Shown: positions 41,530 to 52,869, counted from the stretch's first letter. The stretch is DNA of 64,000 nucleotides from an uncultured cyanobacterium (GCA_963706595.1 OY970166.1:5408001-5472000), one strand, 5' to 3'. Translations and numbers: made by a program. The notes: generated from the sequence alone by a model not told the origin.

Positions 41530-43959
41530 ATGCATGAATTATTTGAAACCGTATTAAATAGGGACGAAAAAATTACTCTACGTCAGTTTATTTTGGAATT
41601 AAGTGCTACCGATAAACGTTACTTTTTGAGAAACGAGATTTTACATAATTTCGCCGACTTCTGTCACCAATACCAAAAGCCTACTTACTTTTATTATTCT
41701 TCTTCTATCGGCAGACTAATTCATAATACCCATGAAATGATTTTAGAAGCAGAAGGGACTTGGTTTGTTGTCCGACCCAGGATTGCTAGCCAAGAAGTAT
41801 GGCGACTCCAAGCGGATTTCTCTGGATTTGAGGCGATGACAGCCCAAGCGTGGTTAGATGTAAGCGATCGCCTCGTTAATCGTTATCAACCGCACATTCT
41901 CGAAATTGATTTTCAACCCTTTGCGGAAGAATCCACCAGAATCACTGACCCCAGAAACATTGGTCAAGGTCTAGCCTTTCTGAATCGTTACTTGTGCGAT
42001 CAACTGTTGACTGACACCCATTATTGGCTAGAGGTGATATTTCAAGCATTATATCAACTAACTTATGATGAGAAACCTCTGTTAATCAGCGATCGCATTC
42101 CCTCCGGTCTTCACCTAGTTAAACAAATAAAACAAGCCCTAAAATTTCTCAATCAGCAACCACAGGAAGAACCCTACGCCAATTTTCGCCCTCACCTCCA
42201 GGAACTTGGTTTTGAACCAGGATGGGGTAATACAGCAGGGCGCATATCCGAAACCTTAGAACTTTTAGAACAACTCATTGACAGTCCCCAACCCGCAATT
42301 TTAGAAGCCTTCGTCGCCCGTGTTCCCGCCATTTTCCGCGTCGTTCTCGTCTCCATTCACGGTTGGGTTGGTCAACAAGATGTTTTAGGTAGAGATGAAA
42401 CACTCGGACAAGTGATTTATGTTCTAGAACAAGCCCGCAGCTTAGAAAATAAACTCCAAGCAGAAATCAAACTGGCGGGACTTGATTTAATCGGGATTCA
42501 ACCTCATGTAATTATCCTCACTAGACTTATTCCTAACTGCGAAGGAACAGAATGTAATTTGCGGTTAGAAAAAATCCATGACACTGAAAATGCTTGGATA
42601 TTACGCGTTCCCTTTGGGCAATTCAATTCTGATATTACCAACAACTGGATTTCTAAATATGAAATATGGCCTTATTTAGAAACATTTGCCCAAGATGCAG
42701 AAAAAGAACTATTAACTCAATTTCAAGGTCGTCCAAATCTGATTGTGGGTAACTACAGCGATGGTAATTTAGTCGCCTCCCTGATTTCCCGCAGCCTGAA
42801 AGTTACCCAATGTAATATAGCCCATTCTTTAGAAAAACCCAAACATTTATTTAGTAACTTGTATTGGCAAGATTTAGAAGATCATTATCACTTCTCGGCA
42901 CAATTTACCGCCGATTTAATTAGCATGAATGCGGCTGACTTTATTATCACTTCATCTTATCAAGAAATAGTCGGCACACCAGACACAATCGGTCAATACG
43001 AATCTTATAAATGTTTTACCATGCCGGAGCTATATCATGTGATTAATGGGATTGATTTATTCAGTCCTAAATTTAACATGGTTCCGCCGGGAGTTAGTGA
43101 AAATATCTTTTTTCCTTATAGCCAAAAAGACAGGCGAGACCCCGAATTAAGCAGCGAAGTACATGATTTACTTTTTGGGCGTGAACATCCCCAAATAATT
43201 GGGAAATTAGATAACCCTAATAAGCGCCCAATCCTCACTGTTGCGCCCATTACCTCAGTTAAAAATCTCACGGGACTGGCAGAATGTTTTGCTAAAAATC
43301 GGGGCTTACAAGAGCGTTGTAACCTGATTTTTATCACCACTAAAGTTTATGTAAATCAAGCCACAAACCCCAAAGAAGCTGAGGAAATCCAAAGACTCCA
43401 CGACATCATTAATCAGTATGAACTCCACGGTCATATACGCTGTATAGGAATGCGTCTTCCTAGCCAAGAACTGGGAGAAGCCTATCGAGTAATTGCGGAT
43501 GCTCAAGGAATTTATGTTCACTTTGCCCGATTTGAATCCTTTGGTCGCAGCATTCTTGAAGCGATGGTTTCCGGCTTACCAACTTTCGTCACTAAATTTG
43601 GTGGTGCTGTAGAAATTATTGAAGATCAAGAAGAGACTTTTCATATTAATCCTACAGACTTCACAGCAACAGCACATCAAATTTTGAATTTCATAGATCA
43701 ATGTGAAACTCAACCTGAACGTTGGACAGAAGTTTCTCAGGCGATGAGCCAGCGCGTTATTAATAAATATAATTGGCATTTACACACCAGTCAAATACTA
43801 TTGCTGGCGAAAATATTCAGCTTCTGGAACTTTGCTATTCCAGAAAATAACGCAGCTAAATATCGCTATTTAGAAACATTATTTTACCTGATTTTTAAAC
43901 CCAGAGCCGAAAAAATTTTAGAAAAACATCAGCAATATTCTGTTGTCATGAACAATTAA
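41530..43959 (+). CDS. susB: Sucrose synthase, divergent SusB type
   Basis: GFEPGWG, GNYSDGNLVA, IAHSLEK and GQYESY motifs; ETLGQ in place of canonical DTGGQ. Confidence 0.88.
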   Translation: MHELFETVLNRDEKITLRQFILELSATDKRYFLRNEILHNFADFCHQYQKPTYFYYSSSIGRLIHNTHEMILEAEGTWFVVRPRIASQEVWRLQADFSGFEAMTAQAWLDVSDRLVNRYQPHILEIDFQPFAEESTRITDPRNIGQGLAFLNRYLCDQLLTDTHYWLEVIFQALYQLTYDEKPLLISDRIPSGLHLVKQIKQALKFLNQQPQEEPYANFRPHLQELGFEPGWGNTAGRISETLELLEQLIDSPQPAILEAFVARVPAIFRVVLVSIHGWVGQQDVLGRDETLGQVIYVLEQARSLENKLQAEIKLAGLDLIGIQPHVIILTRLIPNCEGTECNLRLEKIHDTENAWILRVPFGQFNSDITNNWISKYEIWPYLETFAQDAEKELLTQFQGRPNLIVGNYSDGNLVASLISRSLKVTQCNIAHSLEKPKHLFSNLYWQDLEDHYHFSAQFTADLISMNAADFIITSSYQEIVGTPDTIGQYESYKCFTMPELYHVINGIDLFSPKFNMVPPGVSENIFFPYSQKDRRDPELSSEVHDLLFGREHPQIIGKLDNPNKRPILTVAPITSVKNLTGLAECFAKNRGLQERCNLIFITTKVYVNQATNPKEAEEIQRLHDIINQYELHGHIRCIGMRLPSQELGEAYRVIADAQGIYVHFARFESFGRSILEAMVSGLPTFVTKFGGAVEIIEDQEETFHINPTDFTATAHQILNFIDQCETQPERWTEVSQAMSQRVINKYNWHLHTSQILLLAKIFSFWNFAIPENNAAKYRYLETLFYLIFKPRAEKILEKHQQYSVVMNN

Positions 43960-44002
43960 CACCTTTTCATTGCTAACTGTGAATTTAGCCAAGGGATGCG
44001 CG

Positions 44003-46930
44003 ATGAATAAAAACAGTCCTAATAACCATTTTATCTATACAGATTGGATATTAATTGAGACTCAATTTGACCCCGAACAGTTGCACTCAAGAGAAACAGT
44101 GTTCACAATTGGCAACGGATACCTGGGAACACGGGGAAGTTTTGAGGAAGGTTATATTCGGGCATTACCAGCTACTTTTATCCACGGTGTTTATGATGAT
44201 GTGCCTGTAGTTTATACAGAACTCGCCAATTGTCCCGACTGGTTGCCATTAGTAATCAGTATCAATGGCGACAAGTTCCGTTTGGATCAGGGTGAAATAT
44301 TAAGGTATGATCGACAACTTGATTTACGTCAAGGTATTTTCAGCCGTTCTTTACGTTGGCGCAGTCCCAGTGGAAAAACTGTAGATATTCACTTTGAACG
44401 CTTTGCCAGTTTAGCTGACCAGCACGTATTAGGGCAACGCTGCCAAGTAACGCCTGTAGATTTTGATGGAATGATTGAAATTCAGGCTAGTATTAACGGC
44501 TACCCAGAGAATCAGGGTTTTAACCACTGGGAAGCAATCGACCAGGGTAAAACCGCAGCAGGTATTTGGTTACACAGCCGAACTCGCGGTTCCCGGATTG
44601 ATATTGGTATGGCAGCCAGGATGGTAATATCGGGAACTGATGCTGCTTTACAAGTGCATACTGCCCCTGGCTACCCTACTATAACTGCAACTTTTCTGGC
44701 GACATCACAGCAGACGGTGACAGTAGAGAAGACGGTGACAGTTTTTACTTCACGGGATATTTCCCAACCAGTCCCAGCATCTCAAGAAAAACTCGCGCAA
44801 TTACCAGACTATATCACTTTGCTGCAAGCCAACGCCCAAGCATGGAATGAGGTTTGGCACTATAGCGATATCGTGATTGAGGGAGATAGTAAAGCTGCTT
44901 TTGCGGTGCGTTACAATCTCTTTCAACTGCTAATTGCTGCGCCGAAAGATGATGATAAAGTCAGCATTCCGGCAAAAACTTTGTCGGGTTTTGGCTATCG
45001 TGGTCATATTTTTTGGGATACAGAAATTTTTATTCTGCCATTTTTTACTTTTACCCAACCTGCTTTAGCCCGGAATTTACTCAGTTATCGTTACCACACT
45101 TTAAATGGTGCGCGACGCAAAGCATCCCATTATGGGTATCAAGGGGCGATGTATGCTTGGGAAAGTGCGGTGACAGGGGATGAAGTTACTCCACGTTGGT
45201 CACTTCCTAGCGATTTTTACGGTGAAGATATTCGCATTTGGTGTCGTGACCATGAAATACACATTAGTTCCGATATTTCTTATGCTGTTTGGTATTACTG
45301 GCAAGCCACCAGTGATGATGAATGGATGCAAAAGTGCGGTGCTGAGATTATTTTAGATACCGCTATTTTTTGGCATAGTCGAGTTGAGTTTAATTCTGAA
45401 CAAGACCGCTATGAAATTCGGGGGGTAATTGGAGCAGATGAATATCACGAGTTTGTCCACAATAATACCTTTACTAATCGGATAGTACAATGGCATTTAG
45501 AAAAAGCTTTGATAGTCGATGATTGGCTGCATGAAAGTTTCCCAGAACAAGCTCAGAAATTAGAGGATAAATTACAACTCACGGCTGAGATTAAAACTCA
45601 GTGGTCAGATATCGTCGCTAAAATTTGGATTCCTTACGACGCTGAAACGGGATTAATTGAACAGTTTGAGGGGTTTTTCCAGTTGGAAGATATTAACTGG
45701 AATGATTATGAACCACGCACCCAGTCGATGCAAGGAATTTTGGGTATTGAAAAAACTAATAAGTTGCAGGTACTCAAGCAGCCAGATGTATTGATGCTGT
45801 TGTATTTGATGCGGGAATTAGGAGATTTTCCTTACAATCAAAAATCATTACAAGCAAATTGGGATTACTACGCACCCCGCACTGATATTACTTATGGTTC
45901 ATCACTTGGCCCAGCAATTCATGCGATTTTAGCTTCAGATTTAGGCAAGTCGGCTGAGGCTTACGAACGGTTTATGCAAGCAGCAATGGTGGATCTCGAA
46001 GATGTCAGAGGTAACGCCGCCGATGGGATTCACGGGGCGAATGCGGGGGGAATTTGGCAAGCTGTGGTGTTTGGTTTTGGTGGGATTAAACTGAGGGACA
46101 GTCGCCCTGTAGCTAACCCTCATTTACCCAAGGGTTGGACACGTCTGAAGTTTAAACTGCACTGGCGCGGAAAATGGCATGAGTTTGATTTACGTCCCCA
46201 AATTACTCAGGAGGAAAGTAATAAAGGATTTATTTTATTTGCGCCTTCATCTGACCACACTTGTCAAATTCGAGGCGTGATTTTTGATTTAGATGGGGTG
46301 TTAACTGATACAGCAGAATATCACTATCAAGCTTGGCAAAAACTAGCAGATGAGGAGGGTATAGAGTTTAATCGGCAAGATAATGAGGCGTTGCGGGGTA
46401 TATCTCGTCGGGCTTCTCTGATGCTGATGATTAAGAATAGGAAATTTTCAGAGTCACAGATTCAGGAAATGTTGGAGCGTAAAAATCGCTACTATGTGGA
46501 TCTAATTGTAAATATTACACCCAAAGATGTGTTACCAGGTGCGATCGCCTTATTAAATGAATTGCGACAAAAGGGGATAAAAATCGCCATTGGTTCAGCC
46601 AGTAAAAATGCCCGGGTGGTTGTAGAACGTTTGGGAATTGCTGATCATGTAGATGCGATCGCAGATGGTTATAGTGTACAACAACCCAAGCCAGCCCCTG
46701 ACCTGTTTCTCTATGCAGCCGAGCAATTAGGAGTTCCACCAGCGCAATGTGTAGTTTTTGAAGATGCGGCGGCGGGTGTAGAAGCGGCTTTAGCGGCGGG
46801 GATGTGGGCTGTAGGTTTAGGTCCCTCAGAACGCGTCGGTGCGGCTCATGTTGTTTTGCCTAGTTTAGCAGGTGTGAGGTGGGCAGAGTTGCAAGACAAA
46901 TTGAAGGAAGCTGTGGCGCAGAAGAATTAA
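44003..46930 (+). CDS. GH65 glycoside phosphorylase fused to a C-terminal beta-phosphoglucomutase (HAD)
   Basis: GNGYLGTRG, FWDTE, GADEYH and KQPDV motifs; FDLDGV, KPAPD and FEDA motifs; start could also be 43970 or 43997. Confidence 0.9.
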   Translation: MNKNSPNNHFIYTDWILIETQFDPEQLHSRETVFTIGNGYLGTRGSFEEGYIRALPATFIHGVYDDVPVVYTELANCPDWLPLVISINGDKFRLDQGEILRYDRQLDLRQGIFSRSLRWRSPSGKTVDIHFERFASLADQHVLGQRCQVTPVDFDGMIEIQASINGYPENQGFNHWEAIDQGKTAAGIWLHSRTRGSRIDIGMAARMVISGTDAALQVHTAPGYPTITATFLATSQQTVTVEKTVTVFTSRDISQPVPASQEKLAQLPDYITLLQANAQAWNEVWHYSDIVIEGDSKAAFAVRYNLFQLLIAAPKDDDKVSIPAKTLSGFGYRGHIFWDTEIFILPFFTFTQPALARNLLSYRYHTLNGARRKASHYGYQGAMYAWESAVTGDEVTPRWSLPSDFYGEDIRIWCRDHEIHISSDISYAVWYYWQATSDDEWMQKCGAEIILDTAIFWHSRVEFNSEQDRYEIRGVIGADEYHEFVHNNTFTNRIVQWHLEKALIVDDWLHESFPEQAQKLEDKLQLTAEIKTQWSDIVAKIWIPYDAETGLIEQFEGFFQLEDINWNDYEPRTQSMQGILGIEKTNKLQVLKQPDVLMLLYLMRELGDFPYNQKSLQANWDYYAPRTDITYGSSLGPAIHAILASDLGKSAEAYERFMQAAMVDLEDVRGNAADGIHGANAGGIWQAVVFGFGGIKLRDSRPVANPHLPKGWTRLKFKLHWRGKWHEFDLRPQITQEESNKGFILFAPSSDHTCQIRGVIFDLDGVLTDTAEYHYQAWQKLADEEGIEFNRQDNEALRGISRRASLMLMIKNRKFSESQIQEMLERKNRYYVDLIVNITPKDVLPGAIALLNELRQKGIKIAIGSASKNARVVVERLGIADHVDAIADGYSVQQPKPAPDLFLYAAEQLGVPPAQCVVFEDAAAGVEAALAAGMWAVGLGPSERVGAAHVVLPSLAGVRWAELQDKLKEAVAQKN

Positions 46931-47000
46931 CGAACGCAGATGAACACAGATGAACACAGATAAATACAGAAGATAAATTCAGATTAAGGGAGACGATTTT

Positions 47001-47177
47001 ATGTCTAAATCAGGAAAAACACGGGAAAGACTGCAATCAATGAGAAATATTCCTCAGCAAGTAATGAACTATATCTCAGAAGCAGTTAGTAGAATTTTCA
47101 GCCCCAGAGACGACAACTATCCAGCCACAGGAGTTCAACCCTTTGAAGGAGATCCCCCTGACAAAAAAAACGACTAA
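47001..47177 (+). CDS. 58-aa small cyanobacterial protein (below the ORF-track cutoff)
   Basis: AAGGGAG RBS; ...YISEAVSRIFSPRDDNYPATGVQPFEGDP... Confidence 0.7.
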   Translation: MSKSGKTRERLQSMRNIPQQVMNYISEAVSRIFSPRDDNYPATGVQPFEGDPPDKKND

Positions 47178-47220
47178 AACCTCCGCGTACCTTTGCGCTT
47201 ACCTTAGCGTACCTCTGCGT

Positions 47221-48636
47221 TTAAACCAAAGCCTTCAGCAAAGCCTGAAGTTTCAGCTGTACCTCAGCAAATTCTTTCTCAGGATCAGAACCTGCAACGA
47301 TACCAGCACCAGCATACAACCTCGCGCGATCGCCATCAATTAAAGCCGAACGAATCCCCACAATAAACTCACAGTTACCGCTAGCATCTACCCAACCCAG
47401 AGGCGCAGCATATAAACCCCTCTCAAAACTTTCATAACGACGAATTTCTGCACAAGCAAAATCTCTCGTTGCACCCGCCACGGCTGGAGTAGGATGCAAT
47501 TGAGAAACAATCTGCAACGGGTGGACATTAGCGGTAACTTTGGCTGTAATTGGAGTCCATAAATGCTGGATATTAGATAATTGTCTCAGGCGTGGTGCTA
47601 ATACCTGGGGTAACAAACCTAGCTGGGTAAGGCGTTGAGTAATGAAATCAATTACTAGAGAATGTTCATGTCTTTCTTTGATACTATTTAATAAGCGATT
47701 GGCATTAGCAGCATCTTCCGCAGGTGTTTTACCTCTGGGTGCAGAACCAGCTAAAGCGTCAGAAATTAACTCTTGATTATGAATACTAATTAATCTTTCT
47801 GGACTCGCACCAATAAAGTTTTGTCCTTTCCCATTGCTAGTAGAAAAAATATAACAATTAGGATGTATTTGCCGAAGATTATTTAAGGATTTGAATAAAT
47901 TAAAATTATGATTGGATTTGACATCTAAGGCATTTGCTAAGACAATTTTAATTAAATGGCTAGAGCGAATTTTTTCTACGGCTGACCCCACAGATCGTTT
48001 AAAATCTTGAGGATTAGTTACAGATTGTTTGGTAAATTTAGTGGGTAATTGCTCCAATTTTGGAGAAGTATATTCTAAAGACTGAATTTGAACGATTTTG
48101 TCCTGCAAATTCTGCAAGATAGTTTCTACATTGGTGCTGGCTTTGACAATTATATTATTGACTAATATACAGCGTTTATTTTTGACTGATATTTGCCAAC
48201 GGGGAAGAAAAACTGTTGCCGATGGAAATGGATAATCTATTTGAGAATTATCATCAAAAAAGCTGAAATAACAAAAAAAGTGAGGTCCCGCAAAAGTTAA
48301 CTGATTGTTACCAAAATTTATAATATTTTTTAAACAAGATTTGATAAAATATTGAGCTTGATGAAAACGCTCTTTGCCATCAATTTCTAATTTTGTCACA
48401 CTATCGATGGCGGCGATCGCTTCTCCTTTAGCTTGATTTTCAAAGTAAAAATTTATTTCATTTGCTTGCGTAAGTTTATCTAATACAACTAAGGGATCTA
48501 CCCAGTCAATATCCAGCGAAATACTCACAATTTGCCGACAATTATCCTTGAGGCAATTTTCCTGAACGTTTAACAGAAAATGGTATAGGTCTTTGTTTTT
48601 GACAAAGAAGTTGCTGCGACATGGTAAAACTGTCAT
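47221..48636 (-). CDS. menF: Isochorismate synthase
   Basis: GASPERL, ALAGS, KERHEH, LHPTPAV and AGAGIV motifs. Confidence 0.92.
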   Translation of the reverse strand: MTVLPCRSNFFVKNKDLYHFLLNVQENCLKDNCRQIVSISLDIDWVDPLVVLDKLTQANEINFYFENQAKGEAIAAIDSVTKLEIDGKERFHQAQYFIKSCLKNIINFGNNQLTFAGPHFFCYFSFFDDNSQIDYPFPSATVFLPRWQISVKNKRCILVNNIIVKASTNVETILQNLQDKIVQIQSLEYTSPKLEQLPTKFTKQSVTNPQDFKRSVGSAVEKIRSSHLIKIVLANALDVKSNHNFNLFKSLNNLRQIHPNCYIFSTSNGKGQNFIGASPERLISIHNQELISDALAGSAPRGKTPAEDAANANRLLNSIKERHEHSLVIDFITQRLTQLGLLPQVLAPRLRQLSNIQHLWTPITAKVTANVHPLQIVSQLHPTPAVAGATRDFACAEIRRYESFERGLYAAPLGWVDASGNCEFIVGIRSALIDGDRARLYAGAGIVAGSDPEKEFAEVQLKLQALLKALV

Positions 48637-49002
48637 GGATCTAGCAATAGTAAACTTTTTTTAAGTTAACTTCCTAAAGTGTAATTAAACGTGGTCGTAT
48701 TTCTACAGGTAACATATTCAGTTGCCACTTCACCAGAGTATGGTTGGCTTTATTTATGGTGTTCCCAGACGCTGAACAGTTATCCCTAGTTTCAGGTTGC
48801 AGCCAAAAAGTGAGTGTTACTAACAAGAGGTTAACCAACCACAGCAAATTCCCTAAGTTTGGCACTTAACCAGTATTTAGTAAAGCCCAAAGTTCCAGCC
48901 CTACAGAATCACTATTGAATTGCGTACAGGGGTGCTGGTGTCTCTCGAAACTGTAAAATTTTATGTATAAGTAAGGTTACTGTAATCTCATTAATCACAC
49001 TG

Positions 49003-49908
49003 ATGACTACAAGACAGGTTGCAAATTCTCAAATTAAATTATGGATGGCGGCGATTAAACCGCCAATGTACAGCGTTGCTATCATGCCGATTTGGGTAGG
49101 AACAGCAGTGGCTTTTGCGGAAACCAAAAGTTTTAATGTAGTAGTATTTTCTACTTTTATAGCGGCGGCAATTTTAATTTTAGCTTGGGAAAACATCAGT
49201 AATGATGTCTTTGATTCGGAAACGGGTATTGATCAAAATAAACATCATTCTTTAGTAAACTTAACTGGAAATAAGCTATTAATATTTTGGTTAGGAAACT
49301 TGTGTTTAGTTTCGGGGTTGTTGGGAATAATCGCGATCGCCATTTGGCAAAAAGATTTCACTGTCATCGGCTTAATTCTGCTGTGCTGCGCTTTGGGCTA
49401 CACATACCAAGGGCCGCCCTTTCGCTTAGGATACCAGGGTTTGGGTGAAATTCTTTGCTTTTTTGCTTTTGGACCTTTGGCGATCGCCGCCGCATATTAT
49501 AGTCAAACGGCCAGTTGGTCAATAAACAGTTTAGCAGCTGCGGTGATTGTGGGCATTGCCACCAGCTTAGTTTTATTTTGCTCACACTTTCACCAAGTTA
49601 AGGATGACATAGCCGCAGGTAAGCGATCGCCTGTTGTGCGTTTGGGTACGGCAAAAGCTGCAAAACTCCTCTCTTGGTTTACGGGGGGGATTTATCCGCT
49701 AATTTTGCTGTTTGTTTTATTGGGTATGTTCCCTGTTTGGACTTTGCTGAGTTGGCTGAGTTTACCTTATGCTTTTGAGTTATCTCTTCATGTTCAAGAA
49801 AATCACCACATACCGGAAAAGGTGAGTAATTGCAAGTTTATTGCGGTTAATTTACATTTTTCCTGTTGTTTGCTGTTGGGTTTGGGGTTTATGTTGGGGG
49901 CTGGATAA
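49003..49908 (+). CDS. menA: DHNA phytyltransferase
   Basis: NDVFD, YQGPPFRLGY and DDIAAGKRS motifs. Confidence 0.93.
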   Translation: MTTRQVANSQIKLWMAAIKPPMYSVAIMPIWVGTAVAFAETKSFNVVVFSTFIAAAILILAWENISNDVFDSETGIDQNKHHSLVNLTGNKLLIFWLGNLCLVSGLLGIIAIAIWQKDFTVIGLILLCCALGYTYQGPPFRLGYQGLGEILCFFAFGPLAIAAAYYSQTASWSINSLAAAVIVGIATSLVLFCSHFHQVKDDIAAGKRSPVVRLGTAKAAKLLSWFTGGIYPLILLFVLLGMFPVWTLLSWLSLPYAFELSLHVQENHHIPEKVSNCKFIAVNLHFSCCLLLGLGFMLGAG

Positions 49909-49950
49909 GATTTGTTTCACGCCAAGGCGCAAAGGCGCAAAGAGGGAGAG

Positions 49951-50940
49951 GTGAGAGGTTATCGGTTTGATTTTCGTTGTTATCGGCGGCGGTTTTTACA
50001 GCCATTGGTTACTAATCATGGGATTTGGCATACCCGTGAGGGGATAATTGTTTGTCTGGATGGCTGTGGTTACGGGGAAATTGCCCCTATTAGTTGGTTT
50101 GGTTCGGAAACTCTAGAACAGGCTTTGGATTTTTGTCGCCAATTACCCGCAGAAGTTACAGAGGAGATGATTTTCTCTATCCCGGATAATTTACCTGCTT
50201 GTCAATTTGGTTTTGAGTCCGCGTTGACGGAAATGAAGAGTTGGAGAAATCAGGAAAACAAGCCAAAAGATTCTAATCCCAGTCTAACCTCTTCCCCCCT
50301 GCCCCCTGCCCCCTGCCCCCCTGCCTCTTCTTCCCCCCTGCCCCCTGCGCCCTGCCCCTCTGCCTCTTTACTACCGGCTGGGGAGGCGGCGTTAAGTCAA
50401 TGGGAAAGGCTATGGAAGCAGGGATATCGCACGTTTAAATGGAAGATTGGGGTGGATGCAATTTCTAGGGAGTTGGAAATTTTTGAGTTATTGACTCGGA
50501 GTTTACCACCTGCGGCTAAATTGCGCTTAGATGCCAATGGTGGACTGAGTTATGAGGAAGCTAAACTATGGCTGGGGACTTGTGACGATATTTCGGCAAA
50601 TATTGAGTTTCTTGAACAACCATTGCCTGGGGAACAATTTTCGGCGATGTTGGAATTGAGTGCTAGTTTTGAGAGTGCGATCGCCTTAGATGAATCTGTC
50701 GCCACACTCCAACAACTTGAGAACTGTTTTCAACAAGGTTGGCGAGGAATTTTTGTGATTAAACCAGGGATAGCGGGTTCACCTTCTCGTCTGCGGGAAT
50801 TTTGCCAACAACATCAAATTGATGCGGTGTTTTCCTCAGTCTTTGAAACAGAAATTGGTAGAAAAGCAGCACTCCAACTAGCAGCAGAATTATCTTTGAC
50901 AAATCGGGCTGTGGGTTTTGGGATAAATCATTTTTTATAA
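49951..50940 (+). CDS. menC: o-Succinylbenzoate synthase (likely GTG start 49951) with an in-frame STRR insertion
   Basis: FKWKIG, LRLDANG, LEQP and ALDES motifs. Confidence 0.9.
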   Translation: MRGYRFDFRCYRRRFLQPLVTNHGIWHTREGIIVCLDGCGYGEIAPISWFGSETLEQALDFCRQLPAEVTEEMIFSIPDNLPACQFGFESALTEMKSWRNQENKPKDSNPSLTSSPLPPAPCPPASSSPLPPAPCPSASLLPAGEAALSQWERLWKQGYRTFKWKIGVDAISRELEIFELLTRSLPPAAKLRLDANGGLSYEEAKLWLGTCDDISANIEFLEQPLPGEQFSAMLELSASFESAIALDESVATLQQLENCFQQGWRGIFVIKPGIAGSPSRLREFCQQHQIDAVFSSVFETEIGRKAALQLAAELSLTNRAVGFGINHFL

Positions 50941-50964
50941 CCAGCAGAAAAAACCGAAATTTAA

Positions 50965-52440
50965 ATGTCTATAGAATCACCTCTATTTTATTTAAACAAA
51001 CTGGCTGAAAAAGATTTTCTCCTTGGTGATCATAAGTATGAATTTCAGCAAATAGCCTCAGAATTATATTTAGAACTCCAGCAGCTATTAACTTCTGGAA
51101 ATACTCCCAAAATTATATTAGCAGAACGTGAACCAGTGAGATTTCTCGCAGGATTCATTGCTGCTTGTGCTGCTGGTTGTCCAGTTTTCTTGTGTAACCC
51201 CGACTGGGGAAAACAAGAATGGCAAGAAGTTTTACAATTAGTACAACCTAATATAATTTGGGGACAAGAAATCAAAACATACCCTTGTAGAGACGCGATT
51301 CATCGCGTCTTTCCCCCTAATCGCGTCTTTCCCCCTAATCGCGTCTTTCCCCCTAATCGCGTCTCCTCCCCTAATCGCGTCTCCTCCTCTAATCGCGTCT
51401 CCTCCCAATCCCCATACATCATGATTCCCACAGGTGGTTCATCGGGAAAGATTAAATTTGCCATCCATACATGGGAAACTCTAATCGCATCTGTACAAGG
51501 ATTTACCGAATATTTTCAGCTAACCCAAGTCAATTCCTTCTGTGTATTACCGCTATATCATGTTAGTGGTTTAATGCAATTTATGCGTTCCTTCACCACT
51601 GGAGGTAAACTAGCGATCGCACCATTTAAAACCTTAACATCTAGTCCAGAATATCATATTAATCCCGCAAATTTTTTCATATCTTTAGTACCCACACAAT
51701 TACAACGCTTATTAGAAAATTCCCAATTAACAGAATGGCTATCCCAATTCACCACTGTACTTTTAGGAGGTGCGCCAGCGTGGGAAGAACTCTTAGAAAA
51801 AGCGAGATTTCACCGCATACGTTTAGCACCAACTTATGGAATGACAGAAACAGCCTCTCAAATTGCCACCCTTAAACCAGATGACTTTTTAAATGGTAAA
51901 ATTAACAGTGGTCAAATTCTCCCTCATGCACAGGTAAAGATTCGCAATCAAAAAGGTGAAATTTTAAATTGCAATCAAACCGGAAATATCACCATTCAGG
52001 CGCAATCATTAGCCCTGGGCTACTATCCGCAAACCTGGAAGAATCACAATTATTTACAAGTAGACGACTTAGGATATTTAGATTCACAAGGTTATTTAAA
52101 TATTATCGGACGTAGCAGCGACAAAATTATCACAGGCGGAGAAAACATTTACCCAGCCGAAATTGAAGCCGCAATCAAATCAACTCAAATGGTAACTGAT
52201 GTTTGTATCATCGGCTTACCAGATAAACACTGGGGAGAAGCCGTAACAGCCATTTATATTCCCAAACATCCCCAGATTTCCACACACACACTGCAAACAG
52301 AACTCAACAAAAAACTCAGCAAATTCAAAATTCCTAAACACTGGATTGCTGTAAAAACCTTACCCCGAAATCCCCAAGGAAAAATCAACCGTCAACACCT
52401 GCAAAAAATCGCCACAGAACATTTACAAAATCTCTCTTGA
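50965..52440 (+). CDS. menE: o-Succinylbenzoate-CoA ligase with an in-frame repeat insertion
   Basis: [15 protein letters not shown] and GGENIYP motifs. Confidence 0.9.
   Translation: MSIESPLFYLNKLAEKDFLLGDHKYEFQQIASELYLELQQLLTSGNTPKIILAEREPVRFLAGFIAACAAGCPVFLCNPDWGKQEWQEVLQLVQPNIIWGQEIKTYPCRDAIHRVFPPNRVFPPNRVFPPNRVSSPNRVSSSNRVSSQSPYIMIPTGGSSGKIKFAIHTWETLIASVQGFTEYFQLTQVNSFCVLPLYHVSGLMQFMRSFTTGGKLAIAPFKTLTSSPEYHINPANFFISLVPTQLQRLLENSQLTEWLSQFTTVLLGGAPAWEELLEKARFHRIRLAPTYGMTETASQIATLKPDDFLNGKINSGQILPHAQVKIRNQKGEILNCNQTGNITIQAQSLALGYYPQTWKNHNYLQVDDLGYLDSQGYLNIIGRSSDKIITGGENIYPAEIEAAIKSTQMVTDVCIIGLPDKHWGEAVTAIYIPKHPQISTHTLQTELNKKLSKFKIPKHWIAVKTLPRNPQGKINRQHLQKIATEHLQNLS
51287..51406 (+). repeat. 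GTAG-REP hairpin plus about five 18-bp tandem units inside menE
   Basis: GTAGAGACGCGATTCATCGCGTCT then (AATCGCGTCTTTCCCCCT)-like units. Confidence 0.85.
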
Positions 52441-52869
52441 CTTTCTTCTCTCCGCGCCCTCTGCGTCTTGGCGGTTCGTTTCTAACCACTGAATCATCTC
52501 AGCAGATAAATCCTGCTTAGTTCTACTAACCGCATCAATACAAACGTGTCTAGTAACAGCCTTAGCAACCATCACATTTTCAACTAAAATTTCATAAGTA
52601 ACTTCAAACTTATTCACACCTAACTTGTGAGGAAATAAACTCATTTCCAACTTATCCCCGCAGCACATCGGGCGAAAAAAATCCACACTCGCGTGAACAA
52701 CAGGAAAAGCCACAGATGGATGAGTAAAAAACGCTTTCAGATCAATATTAGATGCTTCTAGAGATGCTTCATAAGCTTCATGACACATACACAAAACTTT
52801 AGCAAAATAAACTACTCCAGCAGCATCTGTATCTTGAAGGTGAATAGTCCGGTTATAAGTAAAAGACAT
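52423..52869 (-). CDS. DHNA-CoA thioesterase (hotdog fold)
   Basis: [10 protein letters not shown] motif; men cluster context. Confidence 0.88.
   Translation of the reverse strand: MSFTYNRTIHLQDTDAAGVVYFAKVLCMCHEAYEASLEASNIDLKAFFTHPSVAFPVVHASVDFFRPMCCGDKLEMSLFPHKLGVNKFEVTYEILVENVMVAKAVTRHVCIDAVSRTKQDLSAEMIQWLETNRQDAEGAERRKSREIL

Noticed and set aside
48674..48865. 63-aa ORF in the menF-menA divergent region
   Set aside because: No motif or convincing RBS; cannot be supported without a conservation search
51302..51406. 18-bp repeats in menE as a CRISPR or frameshift site
   Set aside because: No spacers; the unit is a multiple of three and the ORF stays open
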